This document shows positions 10,067 through 19,391 of a stretch of 64,000 nucleotides of DNA, piece after piece (within the stretch, counting starts at the first letter, position 1; every line of letters starts with the position of its first letter). Both the position numbers and the translations under genes were made by a program. Location of the stretch: contig CAZXLF010000003.1 in the NCBI GenBank assembly GCA_964642015.1, positions 164,204-228,203 of the forward strand, written 5' to 3'. The notes beneath the pieces were generated by a model. It was not told the DNA's origin. It searched no databases and was given only the letters and a program-made list of their open reading frames with translations. The DNA comes from an uncultured Planctomycetia bacterium. Its GTDB lineage: Bacteria; Omnitrophota; Gorgyraeia; 2-02-FULL-51-18.

Positions 10067-10152
10067 GACTCAAACATTCCGCAACAATCCATGCCCCGCT
10101 CAAGGCGTCTCAAAATGCCAGGGCGGGGCAAACAATTTAAGGGATCTAAATA

Positions 10153-11016
10153 GTGTCCGGTAAAGCTGTCCATCAATTCTCTAAAATTGTCTCGCTAGCC
10201 ACATTTTTTCTGATCATTGCCGGCGGACTCGTGACAAGCACAGGCTCGGGGTTATCCGTGCCCGACTGGCCCCTTTCTTACGGACAGGTTTTTCCGCCGA
10301 TGATCGGTGGTATTCGTTTTGAGCATTCCCACCGAGTTATCGCAGGATTCGTCGGCATCCTTACGCTGATACTCATGATATTGATCCTGATCCAAGACAA
10401 AAGGGTTCTCATAAGAATTCTCGGTATATCAGCTTTTGTCACCATTATCTTGCAAGCCGTATTAGGCGGGCTTACGGTCATTTATTTACTTCCTACGTTC
10501 ATATCAGCCTTTCATGCCTGCCTGGGCCAAACTTTATTCTGTCTCGTTGTATCGATCGCTTTATTTACCTCAGATGGCTGGTCTCAAGATAGCCCTATTT
10601 CGGCAAACAGGGCAGGATCTTTGCAAAGACTTCTGATTGTGACGACTATTTTCATCTATTGCCAGCTTATCGCCGGATCTATCATCCGCCATAGCGCAGG
10701 CGTTACGATCAAATACCATCTCATCTTGGCACTTCTTATCGCCATGCACGTGCTTTTTATTTTTTTTGAAATCGCGCGGGAAGACGCTCTTAGAAAAATA
10801 CTGCTCCCACACTCAGCGCTTTTGTGTTTACTCGTTATGCTTCAGTTATTTCTTGGATTTGGATCATATCTATACATCAGGGTCTTACCGCATTCAGCTC
10901 AATCCACTTTTTCTGAGATCGCCGTGAGAACAGCTCACCAAAGCGTCGGCGCTCTAATTCTGGCTACGGCATTTACTCTCACTCTGCGCAGCATGAAATT
11001 CGTTAAAAGCGCGTGA
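10153..11016 (+). CDS. ctaA: Heme A synthase (CtaA/COX15 family, Cys-less loop variant)
   Basis: GGLVTSTGSGLSVPDWPLSYG matches the CtaA signature GGxVTxTGSGxGCPDWPLC, with Ser/Val in place of the Cys pair. The E-x-x-HR motif (FEHSHRVIAG) is present. Multi-TM protein lying immediately upstream of ctaB. Confidence 0.75.
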   Translation: MSGKAVHQFSKIVSLATFFLIIAGGLVTSTGSGLSVPDWPLSYGQVFPPMIGGIRFEHSHRVIAGFVGILTLILMILILIQDKRVLIRILGISAFVTIILQAVLGGLTVIYLLPTFISAFHACLGQTLFCLVVSIALFTSDGWSQDSPISANRAGSLQRLLIVTTIFIYCQLIAGSIIRHSAGVTIKYHLILALLIAMHVLFIFFEIAREDALRKILLPHSALLCLLVMLQLFLGFGSYLYIRVLPHSAQSTFSEIAVRTAHQSVGALILATAFTLTLRSMKFVKSA

Positions 11017-11876
11017 CATTCATGACCTCGCTCCGAGACTATCTTGACCTCACCAAACCTCGGCTGACATGCATGGCCGTCGCAACGGTTTCCAGCGGCT
11101 TTTATTTGGGGTCAATGGGGCCTCTTTCTTACAGAGCCCTATTTCATGCGCTTTTGGGCGCAATATTGGTCGGCGGGGGAGCTAATGCCCTAAACCAATA
11201 CCTTGAGCGTGATGCTGACGCAAAAATGAGCCGCACTGAAAAACGCCCACTTCCCAGTAAAAAGATCAAAGAAACCAAAGCGCTGCTGTTCGGTTTGGGA
11301 TTGGCTTTTGGAGGCCTATTGTATCTGATGATTTTCACCAATCTTCTCGCGGCTTTATTCGGAGTCGCAACGCTTTCAAGCTATTTATTAATCTACACTC
11401 CGCTCAAACGAAAAACATGGCTTAATACATTCGTCGGAGCGGTTTCAGGAGCGCTGCCCACGCTGATAGGGTGGTCTGCCGCGCAGGGCCGTTTAAGCAT
11501 TCGCGCCTGGGTCTTGTTTCTAATCCTATTCTTATGGCAAATGCCTCATTTCTTTGCGATCGCATGGGTTTACCGTGAAGACTATCAAAAAGGGGGTTTT
11601 GTCATGTTGCCAGCCATAGATGCTGCCGGACGTTTGACAGCGATACAAATAGCCATCTTTAGCGTTTTACTTTTTCTCGCCAGTCTTTTACCAACCATTA
11701 TAGGCATGACAGGCCTTTTATATCTATCGGCAGCGATCATCACGGGACTTTTATATTTGACATTTACTTTGTACGCTTCGGCGCATAAAATAACGTATGC
11801 CAAACCGATGGTCGCGGCATCCATTTTTTATTTGGCAACGCTCAATATATTCCTTTGGTTCGATAAAATATCATGA
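11013..11876 (+). CDS. ctaB: Protoheme IX farnesyltransferase (heme O synthase, UbiA family)
   Basis: UbiA prenyltransferase motif GANALNQYLERDAD, polytopic, about 287 aa. Start overlaps the ctaA stop. Confidence 0.85.
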   Translation: MTFMTSLRDYLDLTKPRLTCMAVATVSSGFYLGSMGPLSYRALFHALLGAILVGGGANALNQYLERDADAKMSRTEKRPLPSKKIKETKALLFGLGLAFGGLLYLMIFTNLLAALFGVATLSSYLLIYTPLKRKTWLNTFVGAVSGALPTLIGWSAAQGRLSIRAWVLFLILFLWQMPHFFAIAWVYREDYQKGGFVMLPAIDAAGRLTAIQIAIFSVLLFLASLLPTIIGMTGLLYLSAAIITGLLYLTFTLYASAHKITYAKPMVAASIFYLATLNIFLWFDKIS

Positions 11877-12472
11877 CGGAACTTTCTCACAAAAAGAATT
11901 CATCAACGGTCTGGTGGTGGATCGGTTGGATCGCTTTAACGATCGCTTCATTTTTCGTTTCTTATAATTTTTGGACTGGTTTTATTGCCAAACACGTAGG
12001 AAGCATGGATAGACCCGGCGTTCCGATCCTGTGGGTGACGGCTGTTTTCGGGAGCTGGATGGTGCTTTTGGTTCCGCTGATCATCGTAATGTATAACAAA
12101 GTCGACCGTGCTTATGAAGATGCGCGCATTGCCCGTGAAAGTGTTCAATTTCAGAAAGCGAAAGAAATGTTCGGTTTCAAAAGCATCTTTATTGACGAAT
12201 CTCAAAGGAAATTAAAAGATGAACTATCAGCTAAATTGAAACGCTACCCCGAGACCATCAAACGCGGCCACCTGGTCACAGCCATCCTTAAAGATGGGGA
12301 AAGCGTGCCGAATGTTTTTGTGCTGGATAAAAAAGAGATCTTAGGGATTTACGGAGTTAATGGAATGGATTTTCAAGTAAAAGATGTCGTTGATATTGAG
12401 CCGGTTCCTGTGGAAAAGATCCCCGATTTTAAAACCGAGGGCTGGCTTCGGCTTGACGGAATAGGCAATTGA
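11873..12472 (+). CDS. Membrane protein of unknown function (2 N-terminal TM helices + soluble domain)
   Basis: ORF translationally coupled to ctaB (ATGA). I recognised no family from the sequence. Confidence 0.5.
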   Translation: MTELSHKKNSSTVWWWIGWIALTIASFFVSYNFWTGFIAKHVGSMDRPGVPILWVTAVFGSWMVLLVPLIIVMYNKVDRAYEDARIARESVQFQKAKEMFGFKSIFIDESQRKLKDELSAKLKRYPETIKRGHLVTAILKDGESVPNVFVLDKKEILGIYGVNGMDFQVKDVVDIEPVPVEKIPDFKTEGWLRLDGIGN

Positions 12473-12655
12473 TTGAAAGCTCTGGTCTTTTATTTGGGTA
12501 AAGCATTTCAACTGGTCGCGTTAATTGCGCTTCCGTCAGCGATCTGGGTCGGACATATCGGACATAACGAAAAAGGCTGTATCGCGATTTTTTTGAGTTC
12601 TATTTTGATATTCTTCGCTGGTTACGGCTTGACTCAAATATCCTCAAGGTTATAA
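12473..12655 (+). CDS. Small 2-TM membrane protein (60 aa), TTG start
   Basis: Begins 1 nt after the upstream stop, has two hydrophobic helices, and lies between the respiratory genes and the ferredoxin. Confidence 0.35.
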   Translation: MKALVFYLGKAFQLVALIALPSAIWVGHIGHNEKGCIAIFLSSILIFFAGYGLTQISSRL

Positions 12656-12657
12656 TA

Positions 12658-13026
12658 ATGAGCATGGAATTTGCTAACGAATATTCATTGAAAAAAGCTC
12701 AAGCAACAGCCGAAGAGCGTGCGCAAAAACCGCCGCGCAAGAAAGCTCCGCCGAAACTTGCCGTCATCAATCAGAGCGGTTGCACCGGCTGCGAGGCCTG
12801 TATCGTATTTTGTCCGGTGGATTGCATTGAGATCGTACCGGGCATGGAACATACCCAGCTTCAACAGGTGGTCGAAGTGGATCTTGGCCGATGCATCGGA
12901 TGCTCGCTTTGCGCGAAGCACTGTCCTTGGGATACGATCGAAATGCTGCCTTACGATCAGGCGGTCAAAGAATCCGTTTCGCTGACCCTAAAAAGTGTCT
13001 GCGGCCAGCCAACTCTTTCTCAATAA
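12658..13026 (+). CDS. 2x[4Fe-4S] ferredoxin with basic N-terminal extension
   Basis: CTGCEACIVFCP and CIGCSLCAKHCP cluster motifs. Confidence 0.8.
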   Translation: MSMEFANEYSLKKAQATAEERAQKPPRKKAPPKLAVINQSGCTGCEACIVFCPVDCIEIVPGMEHTQLQQVVEVDLGRCIGCSLCAKHCPWDTIEMLPYDQAVKESVSLTLKSVCGQPTLSQ

Positions 13027-13942
13027 AGTCACAGACATTTTTTTCAAGCTTTACCCGGTTAAAATGATTGATCTCGGGTATCCCTGCAGGGCTTGTCACG
13101 TTCACTTCGGTCAAATATTTTCCGATCACATCGACACCTACAAAATAAAGACCGCGTTCCAGAAGCTCGGGGACCAGCGTCTCTGCAAGAGCTTTATCGG
13201 ATTGTGTCACAGATGCTTTATGCATCGAGCCACCAACGCTTAAATTTGCCCTGAAATCCCACGAAGGCGGTTTCCTTAGGAAAGCGCCCAAAATCCTGCC
13301 GTTCAAAAGCAATATCCTTTTATCACCGTAACGGTCAGCCGAAATGAACTGCTGGATCATCACTTTTTTTCTTCCATAATTTGTTATTGTATCCAAAAAA
13401 GAAGGCAGATTCCTGTCTTTGGCATCGACTTTAACAATGCCGGCGCCGCCTTTATTATCCAGCGGTTTGATCACGGCCTCCTTTTTTAAACGCCGGATAA
13501 ATCCGATCGCGATGGACGGATTTTCAGTGACCATCGAAAGCGGTGAATACCGGCCAAAAGTGGCTGAAAATAACTTCTCATTGGACAACGCAATGCCCTG
13601 AGGATCATTGAGAATAAAAACCTTTCCTTTTATTTCATTCAGCATCTGAAGCGCATAAAGGTATTCCGTGTCGAACGGCGGCTCTTTACGGATAAAAATG
13701 CAGTCCATTGCATCCAATGAAACGGTGTTCTTATCCGGAAAGGATGGGAGATAGCCTTTGACGGTACTGAGCTTGGCTGGTGTCAAAAACGCCTTTGGCA
13801 AGCCCTCAGACCAGAAAAGGTGTCTGCTTTCAAAATAATAAACTTTATGGCCCCGCGCTTGGAGCTCTTTCATGATCCAGAACGAGGAGTCTTCGTTTAT
13901 CTTGACCTTAGTTGTCGGGTAAAGCAAAAAAGCGATTTTCAT
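12965..13942 (-). CDS. gshB: Glutathione synthetase (prokaryotic ATP-grasp type)
   Basis: N-terminal GshB domain (KIAFLLYP ... QARGHKVYYFE), GDKRILLLNG, and the ATP-grasp motif EVNVTSPAGIPEI. Confidence 0.85.
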   Translation of the reverse strand: MKIAFLLYPTTKVKINEDSSFWIMKELQARGHKVYYFESRHLFWSEGLPKAFLTPAKLSTVKGYLPSFPDKNTVSLDAMDCIFIRKEPPFDTEYLYALQMLNEIKGKVFILNDPQGIALSNEKLFSATFGRYSPLSMVTENPSIAIGFIRRLKKEAVIKPLDNKGGAGIVKVDAKDRNLPSFLDTITNYGRKKVMIQQFISADRYGDKRILLLNGRILGAFLRKPPSWDFRANLSVGGSMHKASVTQSDKALAETLVPELLERGLYFVGVDVIGKYLTEVNVTSPAGIPEINHFNRVKLEKNVCDFIEKELAGRRHFLGSAKRIL

Positions 13943-14011
13943 AATATGGTATATGGGTTGCGATTATATGTTTTTTATTATAGCATAAGCCGTCAACTTG
14001 CAGAGGTTATC

Positions 14012-15373
14012 ATGTCCCGATCCTTTAATAAAATATCCCGGCTCACAAAAAATGATTTAAGGCAGTATTTTATTGAAGGATTCAAAAAACCGAACGATCT
14101 CCAAGTGGGTGTGGAATGGGAGAAGATTGGTGTCTACAAAGACTCGCTTAAAGCCATCCGTTATTCAGGCGCTAAGGGTGTAGAAGCGATATTCAGATCG
14201 CTTGTCCGAAATCATGGTTGGCAACCCATCAAGCATGGGCCCCATATCATCGCGCTGGAGAAGGCGGGTTCATCCATCACATTGGAGCCCGGAGGACAGA
14301 TCGAGTTGAGTGGAAAAAAATTCATGTCGCTCGATCAAAATGCTGCTGAACTTTATTCACATCTGGAAGAAATTAAAAGGATCTCGGAACCCATAGGCAT
14401 TATCTGGCTTGGTATCGGTGCGCAGCCGGTCAGCACGTTCCAAGAAATCGAATGGGTGCCAAAAAAACGTTACGGGATCATGCGGAAGAGTTTAAAAAAC
14501 AAGGGATCGCTTACTTACGCCATGATGAAAGAGACTGCGTCGGTCCAGATCTCGCTTGATTTCATAAATGAAAAAGACGCGGTTGAAAAACTCCGTCTGG
14601 CATTCGCACTTTCTCCGGTACTTTCGGCCATGTACGCCAATTCACCGGTATCCAAGGGAAAGTTGAATGGTTTTTATTCAAGACGCTGTCATATCTGGTT
14701 GAATACCGCACCCGAACGAACCGGCATTATTGCGGATGTTTTTAAGCCTGATTTCAATTTTGAGCGTTACATTGATTATGCATTATCGGTTCCAATGCTT
14801 TTTATTGTGCGCGGTGACAAATGGATCCCTGCGAATGGGATGCTTTTTGGTGATTTTTTAAGAAAAGGGCTTAAAGGCCATCATGCCGTACCCGGCGATT
14901 GGCACCTGCATTTAACAACGATCTTTACGGAAGCACGTCTTAAAAAATATGTCGAGGTCCGCAGCATCGACTGCCAAAGAACCGGTATCGGCCTTTCAGC
15001 GCCAGCTCTTTTGAAGGGAATATTCTATGATCCTATATCCAGAAAAAAAGCTTGGGAACTTTTGGCCGATCTTTCTCTAAAGGAAAGGTTTCGGATGTCC
15101 GCTGAAGTGCCGTCGAAAGGTTTAAACACACGATTTAAAGATAAAACAATGTTTGATCCGGCAGTAAAACTCCTGTCGATTGCCGAAGAAGGGCTGGATA
15201 GGCTTGTTTCTAAGAAACTAGCCCTAAAGAATGAAAAGAGGTATCTAACACCTTTAAAAGAGCTGTTATTGCAAAAAAAGGCGATGCCGGCAGAGCTTTT
15301 GATAGCATGTTTTCGCCGTGCTCATTCGAGATCAGAGGTTATTGACCGCATTCGCTGCTGCGCTGCGATCTGA
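14012..15373 (+). CDS. gshA: Glutamate--cysteine ligase (GCS2/plant-like type)
   Basis: GCS2-family N-terminus (LRQYFIEGFKKPNDLQVGVEWEKIGV) and about 450 aa. The start at 14012 avoids overlapping gshB. Divergent from gshB across a 69-bp intergenic region. Confidence 0.7.
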   Translation: MSRSFNKISRLTKNDLRQYFIEGFKKPNDLQVGVEWEKIGVYKDSLKAIRYSGAKGVEAIFRSLVRNHGWQPIKHGPHIIALEKAGSSITLEPGGQIELSGKKFMSLDQNAAELYSHLEEIKRISEPIGIIWLGIGAQPVSTFQEIEWVPKKRYGIMRKSLKNKGSLTYAMMKETASVQISLDFINEKDAVEKLRLAFALSPVLSAMYANSPVSKGKLNGFYSRRCHIWLNTAPERTGIIADVFKPDFNFERYIDYALSVPMLFIVRGDKWIPANGMLFGDFLRKGLKGHHAVPGDWHLHLTTIFTEARLKKYVEVRSIDCQRTGIGLSAPALLKGIFYDPISRKKAWELLADLSLKERFRMSAEVPSKGLNTRFKDKTMFDPAVKLLSIAEEGLDRLVSKKLALKNEKRYLTPLKELLLQKKAMPAELLIACFRRAHSRSEVIDRIRCCAAI

Positions 15374-16144
15374 TCAGGTACGGAGTTTGTAGCCCCGCCT
15401 GAACAAATTTTCTACCAACAGAAATAAACTTATCGCCAAGACTCCGGCCAAGATCATCCCGAATACCACATTTACGTCCGAAACGCCTAGCATCCCGTAA
15501 CGAAGGCCGTTGACCAGATAAAAGATCGGATTAAACCTAGTGACGATCCGCAGTGGGGCAGGGACCATCTGCAAACTGTGAAAAACACCGCCGAAATAGA
15601 TCAGTGGTGTCAGCACAAAAGTTCCCCACATGGAAAGCTTCTCAAAACCTTCAGCCCAGAGGGCGACAATGAGCCCGATGCATGAAAAAATGATCGTGAC
15701 CGTCACAAAAAAATAGGCCACGATCCAAAAATTGTAAAAAATAAAATGCGTGAAGAACAGCGATACCAAATAAACCCCTGAAGCAACTAATATCCCGCGC
15801 GTGACGCCACCTATCAAAAGAGCCAAGACAATTTCAAAATAAGAAAGAGGGGAAAGCAAAACCTCCTGAATGATATTATGCCAACGTGAAATAAAAAGCG
15901 AGGAGGATGTGTTCGCGTAAGAGCTTTCGATAAGATGCATCATCACAAGCCCGGGAACCATGAATTGGATATAGGTGACGCCCTCCACCAGAATATTCAA
16001 GTTGCGGCCGATCGAAAAACCGAACACAAAAATAAAAAGCGACGAAGAGATGAGGGGTGGAAGAATAGTTTGCGTAAAAACTACAAAGAAACGCAGCACT
16101 TCTCTTTTGGCGAGAGATTTAAAACCGACCCAATTACTGATCAT
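15374..16144 (-). CDS. ABC-2 type transporter permease
   Basis: Six TM helices and ABC-2 family architecture. Overlaps the upstream ATPase gene by 11 nt. Confidence 0.8.
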   Translation of the reverse strand: MISNWVGFKSLAKREVLRFFVVFTQTILPPLISSSLFIFVFGFSIGRNLNILVEGVTYIQFMVPGLVMMHLIESSYANTSSSLFISRWHNIIQEVLLSPLSYFEIVLALLIGGVTRGILVASGVYLVSLFFTHFIFYNFWIVAYFFVTVTIIFSCIGLIVALWAEGFEKLSMWGTFVLTPLIYFGGVFHSLQMVPAPLRIVTRFNPIFYLVNGLRYGMLGVSDVNVVFGMILAGVLAISLFLLVENLFRRGYKLRT

Positions 16145-16868
16145 CTTGATTCTCCTGAATAAGCCTCAAATAAGTCTTCTCTAGCGTTTGGTCTTGGATC
16201 AGTGATTTTTTATCGCCATGATGCAGAATCTTGCCTTTATCGATAATGATAACCGTTTTGGACAGGCGCTCAGCTTCTTCCATGTAGTGTGTTGTTAAAA
16301 ATATGGTCTTGCCATCGCGATTCATCTCAAGCAAAGAATCCCAGATGTGATATTTTAATTCGATATCGGCGCCAGCGGTTGGTTCGTCGAGGATCAGGAT
16401 CTTCGGATCATGCACCAGTGCGCGGCACAAAAGAAGGCGTCTTTTCATGCCACCCGATAATTTCCGGAAATCAGTATCTTTTTTCTCATAAAGCTTGAAG
16501 CGTTTCAGCAATTCCGTTGCGCGTTTGGAAGCTTCGATCTTCGGCACGCCGAAATAACCCGCTTGATAAACTAGAAGTTGCTCAATTGAAAGGAAAGGGT
16601 CAAAATTGAACTCTTGCGGACACAGGCCGATCAACGCTCTTGTCTTACGGTAATCTTTAACAACATCCATGCCGAATACGCGAATGCTACCGTGCTGGAA
16701 ATTTGATAGACCGGTGATCGAATGGATCGTGGTGGTCTTTCCGGCTCCGTTGGGCCCCAGAAAACTCAAGAAAGCACCTTCTTCGACATTAAAACTGATG
16801 CCATCGACGGCTTTCACGTTGCCATAAAATTTGACCAGTTCGCGGATCTCGATCGCATTGGGAATCAT
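16134..16868 (-). CDS. ABC transporter ATP-binding protein
   Basis: Walker A GPNGAGKTT, signature LSGGMKRRL, Walker B ILILDEPT. Confidence 0.9.
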   Translation of the reverse strand: MIPNAIEIRELVKFYGNVKAVDGISFNVEEGAFLSFLGPNGAGKTTTIHSITGLSNFQHGSIRVFGMDVVKDYRKTRALIGLCPQEFNFDPFLSIEQLLVYQAGYFGVPKIEASKRATELLKRFKLYEKKDTDFRKLSGGMKRRLLLCRALVHDPKILILDEPTAGADIELKYHIWDSLLEMNRDGKTIFLTTHYMEEAERLSKTVIIIDKGKILHHGDKKSLIQDQTLEKTYLRLIQENQDDQ

Positions 16869-16920
16869 AGGCGTTTATGATAAACGAAACGTTCGTGAAG
16901 TGTCAAAAGAATATGCTATA

Positions 16921-17556
16921 ATGTCGCGCATGAAAAAAATAAAAACGCAAAAAAAGATCAAAGCGATCCTGTTCGACCTTGGAAAAGTGATCCTAGATTT
17001 CAATTTTGAACCCGCATTTCACCGACTCGCTCGATTCACTCCTTTAAGCGTCGCTGATATTGAGGCTTATTTTTGGAGATCGGGTCTTGAGGTGCTTTAC
17101 GACGGAGGTAAAATATCTTCTGTTGAATTCTACAAAGAAGTAAAAAGTGTTTTAAAACATACTTTGTCTTTTAAAGAATTCAAAAATATCTGGAATGATA
17201 TTTTTACGCAAAAAAAGGATACCATTCTTTTGATCAAGCGTCTAAGTCCGCATTACCGGCTCGTTTTGATATCCAATACCAACGAGATGCATTATGAGCA
17301 TGTCCGAAAAAGATATCCCATTTTCAATCATTTCGATAAATGTATATTGTCATTCAAAGAAAAAAGAAGAAAACCAGATGCAAGGATTTATCAAACAGCC
17401 GTGCGCGCATGCAAAGCGAGACCTCATGAAATACTTTACATCGATGACCGCGAAGACTTGACGCAAGCCGCTAAAGAGCTGGGATTCCATATATTCACTT
17501 TCAGGAACAACACCAAAGATCTGATCAAAAAAATGAAAGGCCTGAAAATTCTATAA
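16921..17556 (+). CDS. HAD-superfamily hydrolase
   Basis: Motif I ILFDLGKV (DxG), then the motif II Thr (LISNT), followed by motif IV (IDD). A TATAAT box lies just upstream at 16913-16918. The start could also be the ATG at 16930. Confidence 0.7.
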   Translation: MSRMKKIKTQKKIKAILFDLGKVILDFNFEPAFHRLARFTPLSVADIEAYFWRSGLEVLYDGGKISSVEFYKEVKSVLKHTLSFKEFKNIWNDIFTQKKDTILLIKRLSPHYRLVLISNTNEMHYEHVRKRYPIFNHFDKCILSFKEKRRKPDARIYQTAVRACKARPHEILYIDDREDLTQAAKELGFHIFTFRNNTKDLIKKMKGLKIL

Positions 17557-18374
17557 TGGAAAATGATGTTTTAAAGGTCGCTCTCGATGCGGCCAGACGC
17601 GCCGGAAAAGTTCTAATGGCTTCTTACGGCAAACTCCTGAACTCCCAGATCAGCACAAAGTCCAAAAATGATTTTGTGACCGTGGTCGATAAGAAGTCCG
17701 AGAACCTCATTATTTCTAGTATCAAAAAAAATTTTCCGAGCCACGCAATCCAAGGCGAAGAAAGCGGTATTACCGGCGGGAAAGATACTCTATGGATCAT
17801 TGATCCTTTGGACGGGACCTCGAACTACATCCACAACATACCCATCTTTTCTGTTTCGATCGGGGTAATGAAAAATAATCGTATGATAGCTGGTGTTATT
17901 TATGACCCCGTACACAAAGAAATGTTTTGGACAAAAAGGGGGCAAGGCTCTTACCTGAACAACAAAAAGATCCATGTAACAAAAATTCGTTCGCTGTCAG
18001 AATCTTTAATGACGACCGGCATCCCGTTCAGAGCCCGCGACAGATTCGATGAATACATGGAGTCCTTTCGCCGAATCTCTTTAGGCAGTGTAGGTTTGCG
18101 CCGCGGCGGTTCCGCAGCGTTGGATCTGGCCTATGTGGCTTGCGGCCGATTTGAGGGCTTTTGGGAGCTGGATCTGTCGCCCTGGGATATCGCGGCGGGC
18201 TCTTTGATTCTTGAAGAAGCCGGCGGGACTATCACGGACATGTGGGGCGGGGGAAATCATTTTAAAAATGGGGATATCCTCGCCACCAATGGCCTGACTC
18301 ATAAGGAACTTCTTAAGATCACCTCAGCCATTTTTACCCCTTCCGATAAGGATAAACGATGCCACTTGAACTAG
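17556..18374 (+). CDS. Inositol monophosphatase family protein (SuhB-like)
   Basis: WIIDPLDGTSNY metal-binding motif and the WDIAAG motif. TAATG overlap with the HAD gene. Confidence 0.85.
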   Translation: MENDVLKVALDAARRAGKVLMASYGKLLNSQISTKSKNDFVTVVDKKSENLIISSIKKNFPSHAIQGEESGITGGKDTLWIIDPLDGTSNYIHNIPIFSVSIGVMKNNRMIAGVIYDPVHKEMFWTKRGQGSYLNNKKIHVTKIRSLSESLMTTGIPFRARDRFDEYMESFRRISLGSVGLRRGGSAALDLAYVACGRFEGFWELDLSPWDIAAGSLILEEAGGTITDMWGGGNHFKNGDILATNGLTHKELLKITSAIFTPSDKDKRCHLN

Positions 18375-18769
18375 AAGATGATCACATGTGTTTTGTCTGC
18401 GGATCAAAGAATCCGTCAGGCTTTAAACTTCAATTTGAACACCCCAAAAAAGGCCTGTTGAGATCCTCTGTTGTTTTCTCGAAAGAACACCAAGGATTCA
18501 AAGATATCGTCCATGGGGGCATGATAGCGACGGTTCTTGATGAAATGATGGTCAATTTGGCCTGGAAGGAGGGCATCCCGGCTGTTACCGTAGAGCTGAA
18601 TGTTCGACTCAAAAAAGCGGCCAAAATAGGCGAAAATATCCTCTTAGAAGGCCGTTTGGGAAAAAGCCAGGGGAGAGTGCTCCATGCCAGCTCTGAGGCT
18701 AAAAATGAGGGAGGGGAGATCTTGGCAAGCGCTACAGCCACCTGCATCCTAATCAGGCAAAAGAGCTAA
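18359..18769 (+). CDS. PaaI/4HBT-family hotdog-fold thioesterase
   Basis: HGGMIATVLDE active-site region and about 130 aa. Confidence 0.7.
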   Translation: MPLELEDDHMCFVCGSKNPSGFKLQFEHPKKGLLRSSVVFSKEHQGFKDIVHGGMIATVLDEMMVNLAWKEGIPAVTVELNVRLKKAAKIGENILLEGRLGKSQGRVLHASSEAKNEGGEILASATATCILIRQKS

Positions 18770-18812
18770 TATTTCTTGAAGTCAACATCAAATCGAGCTA
18801 AACTGGCAGATC

Positions 18813-18992
18813 ATGCCGTACATCAGTTTAAGGGTAGCTGGTAAATTGACCCGTGACCAAAAAACGGCTATTGCCAAGGAATTTGCGGAAACCTTGGAAA
18901 AAATAGCCGGAAAACCCAAAAACTCCACTTATCTTGTCTTTGACGAAGTGGAGAGAGAAAATTGGGCCCAAGGGGATAAGCTTTTAGGTTAG
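18813..18992 (+). CDS. 4-oxalocrotonate tautomerase family protein (59 aa; below ORF-track cutoff)
   Basis: My own translation gives MPYISLRVAGKLTRDQKTAIAKEFAETLEKIAGKPKNSTYLVFDEVERENWAQGDKLLG*. Pro-1 after the Met, the length and the pattern are typical of 4-OT. Confidence 0.6.
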   Translation: MPYISLRVAGKLTRDQKTAIAKEFAETLEKIAGKPKNSTYLVFDEVERENWAQGDKLLG

Positions 18993-18995
18993 CCT

Positions 18996-19391
18996 ATGCC
19001 TATCGAAAAGCAGCTTTCGGTTTTCATGGAAAACAAACCTGGCCGCTTATCCAAGATCTGCAACACACTCGCCGATGCCCAGATCAATATTCATGCAATG
19101 TCTGTGCATGATACCGTGGACCACGCGATCGTGCGCCTCATGGTCGACAATCCAAATAAAGCACTGATTCTGTTGGAAGAAGAAGGCGTTTATATTGTCA
19201 TGCAGGATGTTGTTGTACTTCAGACAGAAAATAAGCCGGGCATCATCGCTACGATCGCTAAAAAACTTTTCCGCGCCGACATCAATATCGAATATGCCTA
19301 TTGCACAGCCACCAAACACCAAGATCTTGGCTGCCTTGTGATCAAAACTAAGGACCCCGAACAAACACTTGAGATCCTCGAAGAAATCTAG
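18996..19391 (+). CDS. ACT-domain protein (two ACT-like halves)
   Basis: Two beta-alpha-beta-beta-alpha-beta-like halves of about 65 aa each, GxI/hydrophobic pattern. Confidence 0.6.
   Translation: MPIEKQLSVFMENKPGRLSKICNTLADAQINIHAMSVHDTVDHAIVRLMVDNPNKALILLEEEGVYIVMQDVVVLQTENKPGIIATIAKKLFRADINIEYAYCTATKHQDLGCLVIKTKDPEQTLEILEEI

Noticed and set aside
13820-14011. Long 5' extension of gshA starting at 13820, inside gshB on the other strand.
   Set aside because: It would overlap the gshB coding region by 120 bp. The Met at 14012 precedes the conserved GCS2 N-terminal block.
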